64,000 nucleotides of DNA from a virus (taxonomy: Duplodnaviria > Caudoviricetes). Both the position numbers and the translations under genes were made by a program. Under the pieces are notes generated by a model. The model was not told the origin of the DNA. It saw nothing but the letters and a program-made list of their open reading frames with translations, and ran no database searches. The stretch lies in IMG/VR virus record IMGVR_UViG_3300026274_000001. One strand, given 5' to 3'. Position 1 is the first letter of the stretch; each line of letters opens with the position of its first letter. Shown in pieces: positions 60,227 through 64,000 of the stretch.

Positions 60227-60639
60227 TGGAAGTCAAAGATTCACTTGGCAAGGTATTAAATGTTAGTCGTATCGGTGAAGCGGTAATTACTGAAATGAAG
60301 AGCTTGGGTAATTACATGAAGCCCAAGGAACAAAGTGCCGGGGTGGCGTTGATTCTGTTGCTTGAAGGCATAAATGCTCGTGCGCTGAATGAACAACTTG
60401 CGAGCGATGTTGAATTTTTCATAACTACCAGTGACAGACCGTACGAGCTTCGAGAACTTGGTAATGAAATTGCTGGCTTAGTACAGAAGGGCATTCGGCA
60501 ACGTGGGTTAGATACTGCTGGTCCTAATGTAAATCCAGCAATCTGGAATTTGATCAACGCCTCGAGTATTTGGTGGCAATCATGGGGTGCTATCTTTGCT
60601 GGAGAGGCCTCGCCTGAAGCCGAAGCTTTACTGAAGTAA
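60226..60639 (+). CDS. hypothetical protein
   Basis: TGATG coupling. Confidence 0.7.
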   Translation: MEVKDSLGKVLNVSRIGEAVITEMKSLGNYMKPKEQSAGVALILLLEGINARALNEQLASDVEFFITTSDRPYELRELGNEIAGLVQKGIRQRGLDTAGPNVNPAIWNLINASSIWWQSWGAIFAGEASPEAEALLK

Positions 60640-60640
60640 G

Positions 60641-60665
60641 AAAGGGAGCCAAGTGCTCCCTTTTT
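60641..60665 (+). terminator. intrinsic terminator
   Basis: AAAGGGAGC-CAAGT-GCTCCCTTTTT. Confidence 0.8.
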
Positions 60666-60691
60666 GCTTTTCCGGCCACTTCATGTATCAT
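60664..60691 (+). promoter_or_regulatory. sigma70-type promoter
   Basis: TTGCTT-16-TATCAT. Confidence 0.6.
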
Positions 60692-60716
60692 TGCACAAAC
60701 AATAATAATTCAAGCT

Positions 60717-61010
60717 ATGAATACATGTGGAATATGCGGCCGAGAACTCGGAACCGTATTAATCGAAGATCACCATTTAATCCCCAAGACCTTTAAGGGG
60801 AAAGTAACAGTTCCCTTCCATAAGATTTGCCATCAGAAACTGCACACGGTTCTAAGCGAGCGTGAGCTGTTCAATTACTACCATACTGAAGAACGTATTC
60901 GTGAACATAGCGAAATGCAAACGTTTATCAAGTGGGTAGCGAGTAAAGATCCAGCTTTCTACATTAAAAGTAAAGACACCAAGGAACGTAATGGCAAACG
61001 TCGTCGATAG
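60717..61010 (+). CDS. HNH endonuclease
   Basis: CGICGR...HHLIPK...HKICHQKLH. Confidence 0.8.
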   Translation: MNTCGICGRELGTVLIEDHHLIPKTFKGKVTVPFHKICHQKLHTVLSERELFNYYHTEERIREHSEMQTFIKWVASKDPAFYIKSKDTKERNGKRRR

Positions 61011-61016
61011 TTCAAT

Positions 61017-61211
61017 ATGACTAAGTATAGAATAATAAAAAGTGGCGACTTTTGGCAAGTACAATATAAATCATTTTTGTTCTGGCATAATGTTCTTGTC
61101 CCAACCGAATGTTGGTTTATATCGTATATGACCAAGGCATGCTATTTGTACAAACGCGATGCTGAAGAAGTAATGGCTGATTGTATTCGATACGGTCACA
61201 ACAAAAAGTAA
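61017..61211 (+). CDS. hypothetical protein
   Basis: KYRII...QVQYK.FLFW phage-type motif. Confidence 0.6.
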   Translation: MTKYRIIKSGDFWQVQYKSFLFWHNVLVPTECWFISYMTKACYLYKRDAEEVMADCIRYGHNKK

Positions 61212-61228
61212 TAACAAATTGCCGTAAG

Positions 61229-61252
61229 AAAGGGAAGCAATGCTTCCCTTTT
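61229..61252. terminator. intrinsic terminator
   Basis: AAAGGGAAGCA-A-TGCTTCCCTTTT. Confidence 0.75.
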
Positions 61253-61273
61253 CGCACCTATAAAAATAATAAA

Positions 61274-61789
61274 ATGGAATACAGTCAAGAGATTACTTGG
61301 GATCAGTACTTTATGAGCATGGCATATTTTGTGTCCATGAAGAGTAAAGACAAATCAACCAAAGTTGGATGTGTTATTGTCGGTGACGATAACGAAGTGG
61401 TATCAACAGGCTATAATAGCTTTCCCCGCTTGCTCAATGACAACGTACCAGAGCGTTCTGAGCGACCCTTGAAGTATATGTTTGTAGAGCATGCAGAACG
61501 CAATGCCATCGCAAATGCTGCTCGTATAGGCGTTTCCACGAAGAACTGCCGCATCTTTACTCCCTGGTATCCTTGTGTTGAATGCTCGCGCATGATGATT
61601 CAAAGTGGCATTAAGGAAATCATTCTTCATACTGAATTCCCAGGTAATGTAGTGAATACGGATCAATGGAGTGACAGTATGAAAGTTGGTCAAGAAATGT
61701 TGAAAGAGTGCGGAGTTGATGTGCGATGGTGGTCTGGCAAAATTATTCAACCAACTGGCTTCTTTCAAGGTAAGCCATATTATCTTTAA
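61274..61789 (+). CDS. dCMP deaminase
   Basis: SKDKSTKVGCVIV; TGYN; HAERNAI; PCVECSRMMIQSGI. Confidence 0.92.
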   Translation: MEYSQEITWDQYFMSMAYFVSMKSKDKSTKVGCVIVGDDNEVVSTGYNSFPRLLNDNVPERSERPLKYMFVEHAERNAIANAARIGVSTKNCRIFTPWYPCVECSRMMIQSGIKEIILHTEFPGNVVNTDQWSDSMKVGQEMLKECGVDVRWWSGKIIQPTGFFQGKPYYL

Positions 61790-61852
61790 CAGAGTAGTTA
61801 ATAGATAAAAAACGAAGCTAAATCAGGAATGGTTCACCGCTTTGGAAAGATT

Positions 61853-61860
61853 TATAAATA
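61853..61860 (+). promoter_or_regulatory. T4-type late promoter motif
   Basis: TATAAATA about 35 nt upstream of the next start. Confidence 0.6.
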
Positions 61861-61896
61861 AAACATTAAGTTAATAATTCCTTTCCGAGGTTGAAT

Positions 61897-62565
61897 ATGA
61901 ACATTTCCGATATTATGCGCCAGTACATGAAGATGCTGGAAGACGCAATGACAGACGCACCTGCTGCTGAAGTTACCGATACACCGGTGGCAGCACCAAA
62001 ACGCTTGCGTGTTGACCGTCCTGAAGTCACCTTTAACGAACCATCCGCTGAGAAAGTGGTAGCCGTTCTGAAGTCTGATGTGAGTGGTCGTTACACTAAG
62101 TTGGCACAAAACGTCCAACGTATTGCCACACTTGAAGCAGAAATTAAAGAAAAGAAGTCGCTTGTCAAAGATGACACGCGCGAATTGATTGCTGATTTGT
62201 TCTCATCTGATGACTGCGCTCGCACTCGTGTAGTTGATACTTTGAGCTTCATCATGACTCTTAGTAAAGACCCAAAAGTCAGCGAAACTTACAAATACGA
62301 AAAAGTACTTGACGAGTTAACGGCGCACTTGACGCCAGAATTGATTACGGTTTTGGAAGCTATCAAGGCGAAGTATAAGAGTGAAACACAAAAAGCAGCT
62401 TCATTGAAGATTGCTGCTAAGACAGCAGAAAGCGTTGATTTGTCAGAAGGTCCAATGGACACAATGAAGTCATTCTATGCAAAGTTTAAGAATGCAATTT
62501 TCGGTTGGGCTGCGAAGTATGACCAACAATTAGAAAACTTGAAGCGTTCTATCGGCGAAATGTAA
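61897..62565 (+). CDS. putative late/virion-associated protein
   Basis: SD GAGG; follows TATAAATA; MNISDIMRQYMKMLED; LSE motif. Confidence 0.7.
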   Translation: MNISDIMRQYMKMLEDAMTDAPAAEVTDTPVAAPKRLRVDRPEVTFNEPSAEKVVAVLKSDVSGRYTKLAQNVQRIATLEAEIKEKKSLVKDDTRELIADLFSSDDCARTRVVDTLSFIMTLSKDPKVSETYKYEKVLDELTAHLTPELITVLEAIKAKYKSETQKAASLKIAAKTAESVDLSEGPMDTMKSFYAKFKNAIFGWAAKYDQQLENLKRSIGEM

Positions 62566-62591
62566 GCAAGCTTCGCGGTTAATGCATTAAC

Positions 62592-62620
62592 AGGGCGAAG
62601 CACGATCTTCGCCCTTCTTC
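62592..62620. terminator. hairpin
   Basis: AGGGCGAAG-CACGAT-CTTCGCCCT. Confidence 0.55.
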
Positions 62621-62635
62621 ATACAGAAAGTAGAA

Positions 62636-64000
62636 ATGAATCGATCAATCAAACAATATACGATTAGTGAACTGCGAGCGTTAAAGAAGCGCTTAGATCT
62701 GCATTTCACAGTCAAGGGTGATAATGTCACCGATAAAGAAAAGCAACTCATGCAAGTAGTTAATGATGAGTTGCAATCCCGTCCTGATTTCACATATGGT
62801 CCTGAAGTAAATTACGGTAAACCAACAACGATCTCAACTAGTTTGGTGCCAGCTAGATCAGTTCAAGATGAAAGTATCTATGTAAACCCAGAGCATATGG
62901 GTGCTTACAAGACTATGGAAGACTGCTATGAACCCGGACAGACTGAAATTTGGTATGTTAAAAAAGGTGTTGCCGCGCGTCTTCTTAAAGCAGTCGAAGA
63001 TGGCAATAAACTGTTGTTGCCACAGCCAGAAGATCTAGAGAAAACTCACATCAAGGTTGGTACTGTTAATTCCACTGATCAGCGTGAAGTATTTGCTGCT
63101 ATGCAAGGTGATCAATGGTCACCAAATGGTGAAGCTAAGCGCATGATTTCCCAAATGGGATTAGGACATATTTCAATGGGTCCGGGTGATGTTATTGTAT
63201 TTCCAGATCGTACAGTTATGGTTGGTCGACGTGGATTTTACGACTTAGGTCAACGTAGTGACGTAGAAGAGAATTTGGATTTTGCTGCAATAATTGATGG
63301 CAAACGTGAATTATCTGAAGGGCCTGCTCCTATGGCTTTTTCGGTAGGCGACACTGTATATTATGGTTCACGTAACGGTGTATTGGTGAATTTTGCTGGT
63401 AACGATCGCGATAAGTTGTTGGTTGACTTGCCAGATGGATCTCGTGATATCTTCCCAGTTCAAGGTACGACACTGAAGAAGCCAAATATTATGCGTCGAG
63501 CAACACAATGGGCGATGGGTGAAGATTCACTAAGTTCGAACGGTATTGGGCAACATTCTGAACGTAGCAGAATGCCTGTAGGTTTGGCCACTGGCTCTAA
63601 TGCTCATTATCTGCCTGGTCAAATGCTGTATCAAGGTTCAGTTTCTGGTAAATTTATTCGCTTTGCTGACGGTCTGCGCAAAAAGATGATTCTAGTTCAG
63701 AAAGAGGACGGCGATCACGCCACTGATAAAGCTACAACCACAAAGCCATCATTTATAAATCGAACAAAGTCATACATTCGAGGCGAAAGCGTTAATGAAA
63801 ACTTTGCCGTTGGATCAACCGTGTACTGTGGCTCCCGTTCTGGTGTTGTACAGGGCTTTGCTCAAGATGATCGTACGAAGCTCTTGGTGAAGCTAGCCAG
63901 TGGGAAGACTGACGTGTTTCCAGTCGAAAAGACTAAAGCGGAAAAACCAAGCTTGATTCGTAAAACAACACAGTGGGCAATTGGTGAGCAAATAGATCTT
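62636..64000 (+). CDS. partial large protein: YodL-like domain plus three SH3/KOW-like repeats
   Basis: Translated by hand and open to the window end; MQGDQWSPNGEA...HISMGPGDVIV; repeats FxVGxTVYxGSRxGV...TQWAxGE. Confidence 0.75.
   Translation, partial: MNRSIKQYTISELRALKKRLDLHFTVKGDNVTDKEKQLMQVVNDELQSRPDFTYGPEVNYGKPTTISTSLVPARSVQDESIYVNPEHMGAYKTMEDCYEPGQTEIWYVKKGVAARLLKAVEDGNKLLLPQPEDLEKTHIKVGTVNSTDQREVFAAMQGDQWSPNGEAKRMISQMGLGHISMGPGDVIVFPDRTVMVGRRGFYDLGQRSDVEENLDFAAIIDGKRELSEGPAPMAFSVGDTVYYGSRNGVLVNFAGNDRDKLLVDLPDGSRDIFPVQGTTLKKPNIMRRATQWAMGEDSLSSNGIGQHSERSRMPVGLATGSNAHYLPGQMLYQGSVSGKFIRFADGLRKKMILVQKEDGDHATDKATTTKPSFINRTKSYIRGESVNENFAVGSTVYCGSRSGVVQGFAQDDRTKLLVKLASGKTDVFPVEKTKAEKPSLIRKTTQWAIGEQIDL

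Noticed and set aside
1-64000. tRNA, rRNA or tmRNA genes
   Set aside because: No T-arm GTTCRANYC in cloverleaf context in any intergenic gap; tRNAscan-SE or ARAGORN would be the definitive check
1-64000. Stop-codon reassignment or programmed frameshifts
   Set aside because: Genes are tightly packed under the standard code with TAA, TAG and TGA all used as stops; no split ORFs needing recoding were seen

Overview
This is a 64-kb segment of a large lytic dsDNA phage genome, most likely a T4-superfamily or jumbo myophage. The Burkholderia-style CGGGG lipoproteins suggest a Burkholderiales-type host (inference). About 140 mostly small, densely packed genes form a + block (1-39.77 kb) converging on a - block (39.8-58.2 kb), followed by a + block that moves into late or virion-type genes after a TATAAATA motif at 61853. 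Recognisable products are an R2K ATP-grasp protein, a TraR/DksA Zn finger, three GNATs, two bL12-CTD-like proteins, two RMF-like proteins, a GatB/YqeY tail domain and Lar-like proteins. There is also a HAD + DUF2828/TROVE-like vWA + KptA/Tpt1 cluster, a WYL_2 protein, a MazG-like protein, three CGGGG lipoproteins (two with clan GH-A glycosidase domains), an acyl carrier protein, a complete PAS-PAS hybrid histidine kinase, a PLD/Nuc nuclease, an HNH protein and a dCMP deaminase. The most striking unexplained structure is a family of more than 30 sigma70-type early promoters. In these the -10 box sits in or beside the loop of an inverted repeat whose arms vary in sequence but keep pairing, with covariation and frequent sense-strand G-T wobbles. 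The predicted +1 is often the A of an ATG-GTA-AAC mini-leader that is in frame with, or coupled to, the downstream gene. I saw no tRNA, rRNA, CRISPR array, integrase or transposase. All family calls are motif recognition by eye; no database searches were run.
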